Of a DNA stretch of 64,000 nt, positions 1 to 10,095 are shown piece by piece (within the stretch, counting starts at the first letter, position 1; each line of letters starts with the position of its first letter). Source of the stretch: an uncultured Clostridia bacterium (lineage in GTDB: Bacteria > Bacillota > Clostridia > Christensenellales > CAG-917); contig CANPWB010000002.1 of the NCBI GenBank assembly GCA_947581925.1, forward strand, positions 64,363-128,362, written 5' to 3'. The notes below the pieces were generated by a model. The model saw only the letters and a program-made list of their open reading frames with translations, was not told the origin of the DNA and ran no database searches. Position numbers and translations under genes: made by a program.

Positions 1-2716
1 CACGTATATCGAGTCCGTGTGGTGGGCGCTCAAGCAGATGGCGGACAAGGGCTTGCTGTACAAGGGCTACAAGATACAGCCGTACTGCCCGCGCTGCGGG
101 ACGGCGCTTAGCTCGCACGAAGTTGCGCAGGGATATAAGGACGTCGAGGAGACTTCCGTATTTGTCAAATTTCCCGTAAAAGGCAGGGACAATGCATATT
201 TCCTCGTATGGACGACAACGCCTTGGACCCTTCCTTCAAACGTCGCGCTGTGCATGAACGGCAAGGAGGATTATACCGAGATAGAGTGCGAAGGCGAGCG
301 CTATATCCTCGCGGACGCGCTTGTAGAAAAGCTGTTCGAGGGCAAGGAGTACACAAAAATTTCCACAAAAAAGGGCAAGGACTACGAATATGCGGAGTAT
401 GAGCCCCTCTTCGACTACGATTGCGGAATAGACAAAAAGGCGTATTTCGTCGTCAACGACGGCTATGTCACGCTTACGGACGGCTCCGGCATAGTGCATA
501 TTGCGCCCGCATTCGGCGAGGACGACAGCAGAGTGGGCAAAAACTACAACCTACCTTTCGTACAGATGGTGGACGAGCGCGGCAGATTTAAGGACGCCGT
601 GACAGACCTTGCGGGCGTGTTCTGCAAGGACGGAGATAAGGAGATAATCAAAAAACTCAAGGCGGAAAATAAGCTGTTCAAGACGATGCGCTTCACGCAC
701 AGCTATCCTTTCTGCTGGAGATGCGATACCCCGCTCCTTTACTATGCGCGCAGCACGTGGTTCATCAAGGTGACCGCCGTGCGCGACGAGCTTATCAAGG
801 CTTGCAACAGCGTGAATTGGATGCCCGATACCATTCGCACGGGCAGGATGGGCAACTTCCTTGAAAACGTCATAGATTGGGGCATTTCGCGCGAGCGTTA
901 TTGGGGCACGCCGTTGCCTATATGGGTGTGCAAGAAGTGCGGAAAGATACATGTCGTCGGCTCCAAAGAGGAGTTAAAGTCCCTCGGACATATCGAGGGC
1001 GACATCGAGTTGCACAGGCCCTATATCGACGCAGTCAAGTGGGATTGCGAGTGCGGCGGCACTATGGAGCGCACTCCCGAAGTGCTGGATTGCTGGTTTG
1101 ACAGCGGCTCCATGCCGTTTGCGCAGTGGCACTATCCCTTTGAAAACAAGGACATCTTCGAGGAAGTTTTTCCCGCGGACTTCATATCCGAGGCGGTGGA
1201 CCAGACGAGAGGCTGGTTCTATACGCTACTTGCCATAAATACCATACTTTTCGGCAGGGCGCCCTTCAAAAACTGCATAGTTTTGGGACACGTCAACGAC
1301 AAGGACGGCATAAAGATGTCCAAACACAAGGGCAACGTCGTAGACCCGTGGAGCGTCCTCGACAAACAGGGCGCAGACGCCACGAGGTGGTATTTCTACA
1401 CTGCGTCCGCGCCGTGGCTACCCTCTAGATTTGCGGCGGAGAACGTAAGCGAGTCCCAGCGCAAATTTATGGGCACGCTTTGGAACACCTACGCCTTCTT
1501 TGTGCTGTATGCCGAGATAGACAAGTTCGACCCGACGGAGCATAAGCTTGAGGATTGCAAGCTGAACATTTTGGACAGGTGGATACTCTCGTGGCTCAAT
1601 ACCCTCATAAAGACGGTGGACGAAGGGCTTGAACAGTACAAGATCACGGAGACGGCGCGCGCAATAGAGGAATTTACGGACAAATTGTCAAATTGGTACG
1701 TGCGCAGATCGCGCGAGCGTTTCTGGGGCAGCGGTATGAGCAAGAGCAAAGAGGCGGCATACGTGACTTTGCACACCGTATTGTCCACGCTCTCGAGGCT
1801 CATCGCGCCATATGTGCCGTTTTTGGCGGAGAATATCTATCAAAATCTCGTGCGCAATTTCTATAAGGACGCGCCCGAAAGCGTACATCTCACATCTTTC
1901 CCGACTTGTGACGAGTCGAGGATAGACAAAGCCCTCGAGGAAGGAATGGAGCACGTGCTCAAGCTTGTCGTCTTGGGCAGGGCGGCGAGGAATAAGTCCA
2001 ACCTCAAAAACAGGCAGCCGCTTTCAAAGCTTATGTACAGCGGCAAGTGGGAACTCACCGACGAGCTCAAAGAGCTTGTCGAGGAGGAGCTCAACGTCAA
2101 GAGCGTGGAGCCGTCCGACGACAGCGACGGCTATATAAGTTATGAGATAAAGCCGCAACTTCGTACGTTGGGTCCCAAATACGGACCGTTGCTCGGCAAG
2201 ATAAGAGCGCTGCTCAGCGAGCGTCCCACGGATATAATCGCGGCGATAAAACAGCGCAAGGCATTGGATGAGCTCAAAGTGGAGTATCGCGCGCAACGCG
2301 GCACGGAGGACGATGTCAAGAGCGCGTTCATATGCGACATAGACGGTACTCAAGTGGTATTGAGCGAGGAGGACCTTCTCATCACCGCGAAGAATAAGGA
2401 CGGTTTCTCATCCGAATCCGACGGCGAAATGACGGTAGTTTTGGATACCGCGCTCACAGAGGACCTCATTTTGGAGGGCATAGAGCGCGAGCTTGTGAGC
2501 AAGGTCCAGAATATGCGTAAGGAAGCGGGATTCGAGGTGACGGATCACATCAAACTCGGCTACACCGCGGAAGGTATGGCGAAACAGGTGCTCGACGACG
2601 CGAAATTCTACGCGGACGTGTTGTGCGACGGCATTGTCGAGAGCGGCGAAGGTTTCAGCAAGGAGCTGGATATCAACGGTCACAAGGTGACGATAACCAT
2701 AAAGAAGATAGACTGA
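1..2716 (+). CDS. ileS: isoleucine--tRNA ligase (5' end lies outside the window)
   Basis: The reading frame is open from the window edge (..YIESVWWALKQM..). It has a KMSKS-type loop (IKMSKHKGN), CxxC zinc motifs (CWRCDTP, CKKCG) and a long C-terminal extension. Stop TGA at 2714-2716. Confidence 0.95.
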   Translation, partial: TYIESVWWALKQMADKGLLYKGYKIQPYCPRCGTALSSHEVAQGYKDVEETSVFVKFPVKGRDNAYFLVWTTTPWTLPSNVALCMNGKEDYTEIECEGERYILADALVEKLFEGKEYTKISTKKGKDYEYAEYEPLFDYDCGIDKKAYFVVNDGYVTLTDGSGIVHIAPAFGEDDSRVGKNYNLPFVQMVDERGRFKDAVTDLAGVFCKDGDKEIIKKLKAENKLFKTMRFTHSYPFCWRCDTPLLYYARSTWFIKVTAVRDELIKACNSVNWMPDTIRTGRMGNFLENVIDWGISRERYWGTPLPIWVCKKCGKIHVVGSKEELKSLGHIEGDIELHRPYIDAVKWDCECGGTMERTPEVLDCWFDSGSMPFAQWHYPFENKDIFEEVFPADFISEAVDQTRGWFYTLLAINTILFGRAPFKNCIVLGHVNDKDGIKMSKHKGNVVDPWSVLDKQGADATRWYFYTASAPWLPSRFAAENVSESQRKFMGTLWNTYAFFVLYAEIDKFDPTEHKLEDCKLNILDRWILSWLNTLIKTVDEGLEQYKITETARAIEEFTDKLSNWYVRRSRERFWGSGMSKSKEAAYVTLHTVLSTLSRLIAPYVPFLAENIYQNLVRNFYKDAPESVHLTSFPTCDESRIDKALEEGMEHVLKLVVLGRAARNKSNLKNRQPLSKLMYSGKWELTDELKELVEEELNVKSVEPSDDSDGYISYEIKPQLRTLGPKYGPLLGKIRALLSERPTDIIAAIKQRKALDELKVEYRAQRGTEDDVKSAFICDIDGTQVVLSEEDLLITAKNKDGFSSESDGEMTVVLDTALTEDLILEGIERELVSKVQNMRKEAGFEVTDHIKLGYTAEGMAKQVLDDAKFYADVLCDGIVESGEGFSKELDINGHKVTITIKKID

Positions 2717-3576
2717 TGAGACTTGCACCCGATTGGAAAGAGTATAGCGTTATTGCGACAGGCGACGGCGAAAAGCTGGAGCGCTGGGGGGATATTACGT
2801 TGCTCAGGCCCGACCCGCAGGTCATATGGCATCCCAAAAAGCCGCTTAGAAGTTACAAAAATATAGACGCCGTCTATGAGAGGAGCTCAACGGGCGGAGG
2901 AAAGTGGGTGTACAATAGACCCATAGAGACGGAGTTTGTGCTTGGTTGGCGCGACCTCAAATTTTCGCTCAAGCTCATGGGCTTTAAGCATACTGGTCTT
3001 TTTCCGGAGCAGGCGGCAAATTGGGACAGAATGATGAAACTCATCGAGGGGGCGGGGCGCAAGATAAGCGTGCTCAACCTTTTCGGATATACGGGCGCGG
3101 CGTCTGTAGCCTGCCACAGGGCGGGCGCGAGCGTGTGTCACGTGGACAGCGCAAAGGCAATGGTCGAGCGTACGGGAGACAATGTGCGATTGAGCGGGCT
3201 TTCAAACGAGGGTATGCGCTACATCATCGACGACTGTTTCAAGTTTTGCGCGAGGGAGCTTAGGCGCGGCAATCGCTATGACGCCATCATCCTCGACCCG
3301 CCGAGTTTCGGCAGAGGTCCCGACGGCGAGAAGTGGAAGATAGAAGAGGGCATATCCTCGCTTGTGGAGCTTGTCTCGTCACTTTTAAGTGACGATCCGC
3401 TGTTCGTATGCCTTAACAGCTATACGACGGGACTTCAGCCTACAGTTATGGCAAACATGCTCAAGCTGTATCTGCCGTCAAACGCCATAATAGACGCGGA
3501 CGAGATAGGCTTGATGTGCGAGGATGGGCTTGTGCTCCCGCAGGGTTGCACCGCCTTCGCGGAATTTGAAAAATAA
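2716..3576 (+). CDS. class I SAM-dependent (rRNA-type, RlmI/RlmK-like) methyltransferase
   Basis: The internal ATG at 2716 overlaps the ileS stop (TGATG). The ORF-track start at 2623 is an out-of-context extension. SAM motif I LNLFGYTGAASVA and motif IV ILDPPSFGRG are present. Confidence 0.8.
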   Translation: MRLAPDWKEYSVIATGDGEKLERWGDITLLRPDPQVIWHPKKPLRSYKNIDAVYERSSTGGGKWVYNRPIETEFVLGWRDLKFSLKLMGFKHTGLFPEQAANWDRMMKLIEGAGRKISVLNLFGYTGAASVACHRAGASVCHVDSAKAMVERTGDNVRLSGLSNEGMRYIIDDCFKFCARELRRGNRYDAIILDPPSFGRGPDGEKWKIEEGISSLVELVSSLLSDDPLFVCLNSYTTGLQPTVMANMLKLYLPSNAIIDADEIGLMCEDGLVLPQGCTAFAEFEK

Positions 3577-3634
3577 ACTGTAATAAATAAAAACGAACAA
3601 AACTATTCTAAAAAATGCGAGAAACGAGAATACT

Positions 3635-4351
3635 ATGACGTACAAAGATTTACAAATCGTATATGAGGACAACTGTTTGCTCGTTGTCGTCAAGCCCTAC
3701 GACGTCCCTGTACAGGCTGACGAGAGCGGCGACGAGGATATGCTTACTATGCTCAAACAGTACCTTGTTGAAAAGTACAACAAGCCGGGCGAGGCATATC
3801 TCGGGCTCGTGCACAGGCTGGACAGGCCTACGGGCGGCGTTATGGTCTTTGCAAAAAACAGCAAGACCGCGGCGAGGCTTTGCGAGGCGATAAAGGACGG
3901 AAATATTGAGAAGAGATATCTCGCCGTCGTGGAGGGCGTGCCAAGATACAGGGCGGACAAGCTCACTTGCTACCTCAAAAAAGATCCCGCCACAAACACG
4001 GTGCATACGGTGCCCGCGCTTGTCGAAGGCGCGAAGTATGCGGAACTTGACTATAAATTGCTTGCGACGCAAGACGATATGAGCCTTCTGCAAGTGAATT
4101 TGGTGACGGGGCGCGCGCATCAGATAAGGGTACAGCTTTCCGATATGGGCAATCCCATAGTTTTGGACAAGAAGTACGGCAACGGCGAGGGAAAGAAGGG
4201 CAATATGGCGCTTTGGGCGTCGCAACTCAAACTTTCGCATCCCGTGAGCGGCAAGGATATGGTTTTCAGAGTGTATCCGCCCGAGATCTTCCCGTGGACG
4301 CGGTTCGATTTGGACGTATTTTTGAACGTAACCATAAAAAACAGCGACTGA
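3635..4351 (+). CDS. RluA-family pseudouridine synthase (no S4 domain)
   Basis: Catalytic-Asp motif HRLDRPTGGVMVFAKN and GRAHQIRVQL are present. Confidence 0.85.
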   Translation: MTYKDLQIVYEDNCLLVVVKPYDVPVQADESGDEDMLTMLKQYLVEKYNKPGEAYLGLVHRLDRPTGGVMVFAKNSKTAARLCEAIKDGNIEKRYLAVVEGVPRYRADKLTCYLKKDPATNTVHTVPALVEGAKYAELDYKLLATQDDMSLLQVNLVTGRAHQIRVQLSDMGNPIVLDKKYGNGEGKKGNMALWASQLKLSHPVSGKDMVFRVYPPEIFPWTRFDLDVFLNVTIKNSD

Positions 4352-4542
4352 GTCATTGTCAAAGACTGCGGCATTTCAAATGTTCGCGAATACGGGATAT
4401 ATCAATAATATTGCTAAACAGCGAGTATTCGAGATGTGCCACGATAAAATACGCGGGAAGAGCGCTCATCGCGTGGCGCAAATGAAAAATTTTTAAATCT
4501 TAGCTCCAAGAAAATTCAAAATATGATGGACGCAATGAAGAT

Positions 4543-4589
4543 CCGCATTAAAAAACAAGGAGGCGAGCCCCCTTATTTTTTTAATGCGG
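4543..4589. terminator. bidirectional rho-independent terminator
   Basis: Perfect 13-nt arms CCGCATTAAAAAA / TTTTTTAATGCGG enclose an inner GC hairpin AAGGAGG-cgag-CCCCCTT. T-runs follow the hairpin on both strands. It lies 15 nt downstream of the minus-strand gene 4604-5101. Confidence 0.7.
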
Positions 4590-4603
4590 TAAAGTGGAGG
4601 GAG

Positions 4604-5101
4604 CTAATTTTTGTCGCGACTGTTTAAAAGCAGATATTTTTCGCGTTCGAGCCTGCTTTTTATGGCACAGAGATACTTCTCTGCTCCGTACTCCTTTTCA
4701 AACCATTCGTCGGTGTAGCCGCGCTCGACAAGCATCGCCGAGAATCTGATTTTGGCAACTTCAAATCTTCTGAAGGCAGTCCTCAGCGCGATACCATTTT
4801 CGGCGGCAATAGTTTGAAAAGTCTTTTTTTTGAATATTCTCTCCTCTACGATATGCTTGTCCTTCGGTTTCATTCGTTCTAGCGTACTTTTTACTATGTA
4901 CGCAAGATTGACGATCTTCCGTTTGCGGTCGTTGATTTCGAGAATTTCACCAATTAATTGCTCATTGCTTACACCAATTTTCAAGTGACGGCTTTGAAAG
5001 CTGCTATTTATACGCGATTTTAAGGCAAAATCAAGCGTATCAATGATTTTTGGTAGCAAAGAATAAGCAACAAGCGCAGTGTTGCCCCAATTAGAATCCA
5101 T
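4604..5101 (-). CDS. orphan small HTH regulator, sigma-70 region-4 / phage ArpU-like
   Basis: 165 aa. The C-terminal half (IVEERIFKKKTFQTIAAENGIALRTAFRRFEVAKIRF) reads like a sigma region-4 HTH, preceded by a helical NDRKRKIVNL segment as in ArpU/DUF1492-type phage regulators. The gene is visibly more AT-rich than its neighbours. A GGAGGA RBS precedes the ATG. Confidence 0.5.
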   Translation of the reverse strand: MDSNWGNTALVAYSLLPKIIDTLDFALKSRINSSFQSRHLKIGVSNEQLIGEILEINDRKRKIVNLAYIVKSTLERMKPKDKHIVEERIFKKKTFQTIAAENGIALRTAFRRFEVAKIRFSAMLVERGYTDEWFEKEYGAEKYLCAIKSRLEREKYLLLNSRDKN

Positions 5102-5239
5102 ATGTCCTCCAGAAAAATTAAATTTTATACTGTGCTTACAATATAAATAATCGTTTGCGCCAAAGTCAATATTTTATGCAACAATTTCGACAAAAAAAAT
5201 TAAGAAATACGAAAATTTTTAAATTCCGCACCTTTTCCT

Positions 5240-6298
5240 TCAAAGCAGCAGGGAAAGTCCCGCTCCAAGGCCCGCCGCAATGAGCGCATGACAAAATTTT
5301 CTTAGCAGTACCTCGCTCGCTTTCATGCCCGTGCGCGAAAGGAATGTGTAGTTTTGAAGCGTTACAGACAGCCCTCCCAGCGAAATTATGCCCGCGCACA
5401 GACCGACCGCAAGAGGCAGGCGCGTAATTTCTGCGCCCATAATGCAGCCACGCGTCATTTCTATGCCGCCGCAAAGCAAAGAGAACACCGCGCGTCCCGC
5501 ATCCGCCCCGAGCGCGCTTTCAAGCAATACGTCCAACCTGAGTAGGGGCAAAGTGTCCACAAGCATTCCGCAAAGTACGGTATAGCCGCCGACGTACAGC
5601 ATATTCAGCGTGGAATTTGAAATCGTCTTTGAGAGAATATTGTCTACGTCGGGCTGTAAAGTCGGACGCGCGTCGTCATTTGCCGCGGAGTTTTGTCCCG
5701 GGTCGCCATTAAGCGCGGTTTCTTTGCGTTTGCGTATTCTGAAAATCAGTCCGTTGACAAGCGCAGCGGCGTAGTGCGAGGCGAGTATGACCGCGCCCAT
5801 CCGTATGTCGTGAAATATCGCGCTCCCCACTGTCCCGAGCATGAATATAGGCCCCGAAGTGCTCGCAAACGCTGCGACAGCCTTTGCGTCATCTTTGGAA
5901 AAAACACCCGCGTCGTACAGCTCCGTGGTCATGCTTGCGCCCACAGGATAGCCCGACATCATACTCAGCAAAAGCACGTATGCGCTCTCTTTGTGGGTGC
6001 CATACAGCTTTGATATCGGCTTGCCGAGCAGGGTAGAGACGGTGCGCGCCGCGCCTATATTCGTGAGCAGGAGGGAGCAAAAATAGAAGGGAAACAGCGA
6101 GGGCAACACCGACGTGGCGTACAGCGCGAGCCCTTTGCGCGCCGAGGCGAGGTAATAGTCGGGACGGGCAAGCATCATCGCCATAAACGCCGCCACCGCG
6201 ACGCAGGCGAAGATCTTGCCTTTTGAAAATGTTTTTGTCGGATTAAGCCTCTTTACAACCGCGCCCGCCATATCTCGATTATATGAAAATATGCGCAT
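5240..6298 (-). CDS. ylbJ: sporulation integral membrane protein YlbJ (nucleoside-recognition/Gate family)
   Basis: Polytopic membrane protein with LALYATSVLPSLFPFYF and MMSGYPVGA motifs typical of YlbJ. It is adjacent to the ylbM/tmcAL homolog, as in Bacillus. The start could instead be the internal Met at codon 10. Confidence 0.75.
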   Translation of the reverse strand: MRIFSYNRDMAGAVVKRLNPTKTFSKGKIFACVAVAAFMAMMLARPDYYLASARKGLALYATSVLPSLFPFYFCSLLLTNIGAARTVSTLLGKPISKLYGTHKESAYVLLLSMMSGYPVGASMTTELYDAGVFSKDDAKAVAAFASTSGPIFMLGTVGSAIFHDIRMGAVILASHYAAALVNGLIFRIRKRKETALNGDPGQNSAANDDARPTLQPDVDNILSKTISNSTLNMLYVGGYTVLCGMLVDTLPLLRLDVLLESALGADAGRAVFSLLCGGIEMTRGCIMGAEITRLPLAVGLCAGIISLGGLSVTLQNYTFLSRTGMKASEVLLRKFCHALIAAGLGAGLSLLL

Positions 6299-6388
6299 GC
6301 GTATGAGCTTGAATTTAAATTAAATACTCATATTAAAACGACTGCCACAAAAAGCTTAAAGGCAAAATACGATAAAACTTAAGACGTA

Positions 6389-7492
6389 CTATTGTTCGCT
6401 CTCGCAGAGTGAGCGTATCTTTGCGGCTTTTTCGTCGAGGGCGACGAGCGGGTATACCGGGCAGTCCGCCTCGCAATCGCTATGCTTGAAGAAGAAATAG
6501 CCGTCCGCCGAGGCGAGCAATGGGAGCAGCATGTTCTTCTTGGACGGACGTATGGCGAGCATTGTGCAATAGGGCTTTTGCTCTTTTGCGAGGGACAGCA
6601 ATGCTTTTGTAGCTCCCACTGTGGCGGACGCGGCGATACGTTTTATCGTGGAGCGCGTGTAGCGGCGCGACGTCAGCTCGAGATAGCCGTCCATATCTGT
6701 AAAATCCGCTTGAGATATCCTGTTTTCCATGCCCTCGCCGATGTTTGCGAGTTCAGCAAGCTGCTGAGGAGTCTTTGATTTGAGCGCATATGTCGATATA
6801 GTATTGTATTTTTGCACGTCGGTATGCCCGTCAAGATCCACAAACGGCGGGACGAATGAAGAGACATCCTCTCCCGCGTACATCATTTCGCGTATTTTTG
6901 TCGATGACAGATATTTTTTGCCGTCGTCGGGTTTACGCGTAACGCTGTGGAATGTGACTTTGTCTCCGTATGCGGCAGCCGCCTTGATGTATTCCACGGC
7001 GAGGATATTGTTTGGGGAACGCAGCATATTCGCGACGTCGGGGCGGAGCATATCGAGCGCCATAGTGCGCGACTTAGCAAGCGAATAGCCCTCATTCAAG
7101 TAGCCTTTGAGCAACGATTTCATATCCTTGGACTCGCTGTTCATAAACTCTGCCGCCATAGAGAGTTGTTCGAGCTCCTCCGCCTCCGTCCCGAATGAGA
7201 GGGTGAACTCGCCGAACATACTAAGCGTTTTGAGCGCGCCGTACGCAAATATATCCGCGGGCGCAAGCGAGTAGACTGTGGGCAGTTCGAGCACGATATC
7301 CGCGCCCGCCTCTATCGCCCATTGAGCGCGTGTAGACCTGTCCCTGACGGCGATATCTCCGTGCTGCGTGAAGGAGCCGCTCATGACGACGGCAAGCGCG
7401 TCCGCCTCCGTCTCGCGCTTTGCTGCGCGCAGCTGTTTGAGGTGTCCGTTGTGGAAGGGATTGTATTCTGCGATTACGGCACAAATTTTCAT
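6389..7492 (-). CDS. tmcAL: tRNA(Met) cytidine acetate ligase (YlbM/UPF0348 nucleotidyltransferase)
   Basis: N-terminus MKICAVIAEYNPFHNGHLKQL carries the HxGH nucleotidyltransferase motif. Size is 367 aa. Confidence 0.85.
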   Translation of the reverse strand: MKICAVIAEYNPFHNGHLKQLRAAKRETEADALAVVMSGSFTQHGDIAVRDRSTRAQWAIEAGADIVLELPTVYSLAPADIFAYGALKTLSMFGEFTLSFGTEAEELEQLSMAAEFMNSESKDMKSLLKGYLNEGYSLAKSRTMALDMLRPDVANMLRSPNNILAVEYIKAAAAYGDKVTFHSVTRKPDDGKKYLSSTKIREMMYAGEDVSSFVPPFVDLDGHTDVQKYNTISTYALKSKTPQQLAELANIGEGMENRISQADFTDMDGYLELTSRRYTRSTIKRIAASATVGATKALLSLAKEQKPYCTMLAIRPSKKNMLLPLLASADGYFFFKHSDCEADCPVYPLVALDEKAAKIRSLCESEQ

Positions 7493-7609
7493 TTTTTGTA
7501 TGCTTGTCCTTTACATTTACACACAAATGGTGTATAAATAATTAGTACTTTCGATACATAATTATATATTATATGTGGAGAAAAATAAAGTAATTTTCGG
7601 AGAAAAGCT

Positions 7610-8647
7610 ATGGCATTGTTGGACAAAGTCAAATCTTTCGGCAGAAAGGTGCTCGAGAGCGGCACCGTCATCGAGGAGATCAAGAACAAAGCTATCGCGA
7701 TCAACAAAAAGATCGTGCTTTGCGAGGGTGAAGATCATCGCGTCGTGGAGGCGGCGCATATATGCACGCGTGACAAGATCGCGCGTATCGTGCTGTTGGG
7801 CGACCCCGACCAAATCAAGGTGAACAACCCGTCCGTAGACCTTACGGGCGTGGAGATAATTGACCCCAAGACGTCGGACAAACTCGAGGATTACGCAAAG
7901 TTGCTGTATGAACTTCGCAAGGCTAAGGGCATGACGGAGGAACAGGCAAAAGAGCAGGCAAAGGATCCTACGTTCTTCGGCGCGCTCATGCTCAAGAGCG
8001 GGGATGTGGACGGCCTCGTATCGGGCGCATGTCACTCCACGGCGAACACGTTGCGTCCCGGACTTCAAATAATTAAGACCGCTCCCGGCGTTTCCGCTGT
8101 CTCGAGTTTCAACCTTATGGTCGGGAATAACAAGTATGTAGAGGATGGATTGCTTGTGTTTGCGGATTGCGGTCTCAACCCCACATATACGGCGGAAGGG
8201 CTTGCGGACTGCGCTATAGCGACGGCAAAGAGCGCAAAAGAGATCGCGGGCGTAGAGCCGAGAGTCGCAATGCTGTCATTCTCATCTATGGGCAGCGCAA
8301 AGCATGAAAACGTCACCCTCGTGCAGGAGGCGACAAGGATAGCAAAGGAGAAGGCGCCCGAGCTCATGCTTGACGGCGAACTTCAATTCGACGCGGCGAT
8401 AGTGCCCGAGGTAGCGGCGCTCAAAGCTCCCAACTCCAAAGTGGCAGGGCATGCGAACGTGCTCATTTTCCCCGACCTGCAATCGGGTAACATCGGCTAT
8501 AAGATAGCGGAAAGACTTGGCGGATTCGAGGCGATAGGACCTATCTGTCAAGGTTTCGATAAGCCGCTTAACGACCTGTCCCGCGGCTGCAAGGCGTCGG
8601 ATATAGTAAGCGCCGTCGCGATCACCGCGATACAAAGCGTCAAGTGA
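7610..8647 (+). CDS. pta: phosphate acetyltransferase
   Basis: PTA_PTB family signature regions are present (IVLCEGEDHRVVEAA, GLVSGACHSTANTLRP, ANVLIFPDLQSGNIGYK). It lies directly upstream of ackA. Confidence 0.9.
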   Translation: MALLDKVKSFGRKVLESGTVIEEIKNKAIAINKKIVLCEGEDHRVVEAAHICTRDKIARIVLLGDPDQIKVNNPSVDLTGVEIIDPKTSDKLEDYAKLLYELRKAKGMTEEQAKEQAKDPTFFGALMLKSGDVDGLVSGACHSTANTLRPGLQIIKTAPGVSAVSSFNLMVGNNKYVEDGLLVFADCGLNPTYTAEGLADCAIATAKSAKEIAGVEPRVAMLSFSSMGSAKHENVTLVQEATRIAKEKAPELMLDGELQFDAAIVPEVAALKAPNSKVAGHANVLIFPDLQSGNIGYKIAERLGGFEAIGPICQGFDKPLNDLSRGCKASDIVSAVAITAIQSVK

Positions 8648-8764
8648 TAGCTCTTAGATTTGCAAAAACTGTTATGAAAAACGTCATAATTTAGAGTAGT
8701 TTTGCAAAAAAAATCAAGCATCGCAAAGCAAAATAATAATAAAATCATCATATAGGAGACATCT

Positions 8765-9955
8765 ATGAAAATTCTAGTTATCAACGCAGGCAGTTCTTCC
8801 TTGAAGTATCAGCTCATCGACATGACCGACGAGAAGGTCCTGCTCAAGGGACTTTGCGAGCGCATAACCATGGAGGGAGGCGAACTCACTCAAAAGACCT
8901 ATGACGGCAGAAAGCTCAATATCAAGCAGGATATGAAGGACCATACCGACGCCATAGAGCTTGTGCTCAAAGCGATGATAGATCCCGATTTCGGCGCGAT
9001 AAGCTCCGTCGGCGAGATCTCGGCAGTGGGGCACCGCGTCCTGCATAGCGCGGAGGCGTTCAACTCTTCCGTCATCATCACGGACGAAGTGATGAAGATA
9101 TGTGAATCGAATGTGGAGCTCGGTCCTCTTCATATGCCCGCAAACCTCGCTTGCGTAAAGAGCTGTATGAAGGTCATGCCGGGCGTACCTATGGTGGCAG
9201 TTTTCGACACGACTTTCCACAGCACGATGCCCGCGAAGGCATATATGTACGGCATCCCATACAGCGTGTACGAGCAATATAAGGTGCGCAGATACGGTTT
9301 CCACGGCACATCTCATAAGTTTGTGAGTGAAGAGACCGTAAAGTTGCTCGGCAAAAAGGACAGCAAGATAATAGTGTGCCACCTCGGCAACGGCTCGTCC
9401 ATATCCGCGGTCAGGGACGGCAAGTGCCTTGACACATCCATGGGATTTACTCCGCTCGAGGGGCTTGTAATGGGCACGAGGAGCGGCGATATCGACCCCG
9501 CCGCGACGGAATTCATATCCAAAAAGTTGGGAATGTCCTATGCGGAGACGATACAATATCTCAATAAGAAGTGCGGAATGCTCGGCATAAGCGAGCTAAG
9601 CTCGGATATGCGCGACCTCGAGGCGGCGATAAAGAAGGGAGACAAGAAGGCGGAGCTTGCGGTGGAAGTCGCCGCATACCGTATCAAAAAGTATGTCGGA
9701 TCCTATGCGGCGGTGCTCAACGGCGTTGACGCGATCGTGTTTACGGGCGGCATAGGCGAGCACAGCGCTCTCATGCGCAAACTTGTTATGAGCGATATGG
9801 AATATCTCGGCGCGAAACTCGATATGCACAAAAACGAGAACGTCACGGACGGCGTTTGCGAGATATCCACGTCCGACAGTAAGGTCAAGATACTCATCCT
9901 TCCCACAAACGAGGAGCTGAGTATCGCGCGCGAAACAAAGGCGTTGGTCGGCTGA
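8765..9955 (+). CDS. ackA: acetate kinase
   Basis: MKILVINAGSSSLKYQL N-terminal signature, VGHRVLHS, GFHGTSH and FTGGIGE are present. Confidence 0.95.
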   Translation: MKILVINAGSSSLKYQLIDMTDEKVLLKGLCERITMEGGELTQKTYDGRKLNIKQDMKDHTDAIELVLKAMIDPDFGAISSVGEISAVGHRVLHSAEAFNSSVIITDEVMKICESNVELGPLHMPANLACVKSCMKVMPGVPMVAVFDTTFHSTMPAKAYMYGIPYSVYEQYKVRRYGFHGTSHKFVSEETVKLLGKKDSKIIVCHLGNGSSISAVRDGKCLDTSMGFTPLEGLVMGTRSGDIDPAATEFISKKLGMSYAETIQYLNKKCGMLGISELSSDMRDLEAAIKKGDKKAELAVEVAAYRIKKYVGSYAAVLNGVDAIVFTGGIGEHSALMRKLVMSDMEYLGAKLDMHKNENVTDGVCEISTSDSKVKILILPTNEELSIARETKALVG

Positions 9956-10022
9956 TACGCCCAAAATGCCCGCGAAAATTCAAAATTCGCAAAAATTTGT
10001 TTGACCAACCGCTAAAAAGCGT

Positions 10023-10051
10023 TTGACAACTCGAGGTTTATTCTTTATACT
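10023..10051 (+). promoter_or_regulatory. sigma-A-type promoter upstream of rpmF
   Basis: TTGACA (10023-10028), a 17-nt spacer, then TATACT (10046-10051), about 45 nt upstream of the rpmF ATG. Confidence 0.5.
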
Positions 10052-10095
10052 GAATAAGCTAAATAAGACATTGTGTATAAGTTGGAGGTAGAAAA

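Noticed and set aside
2623-2715. N-terminal extensions offered by the ORF track (2623 for the methyltransferase, 10414 for plsX, 11322 for rnc, 19589 for rimM, 23182 for the lipoprotein, 24313 for the membrane protein, 40587 for rsmB, 55457 for GNAT).
   Set aside because: The extensions overlap upstream genes in another frame and translate to R/K-rich nonsense. They are superseded by internal starts with an RBS and/or stop-start overlaps that yield canonical family N-termini.
4352-5239. The possibility that the low-GC HTH gene marks a prophage or integrative element.
   Set aside because: No integrase, recombinase, tRNA/att-like direct repeats or other phage genes lie within several kb. Only a single gene is compositionally deviant.
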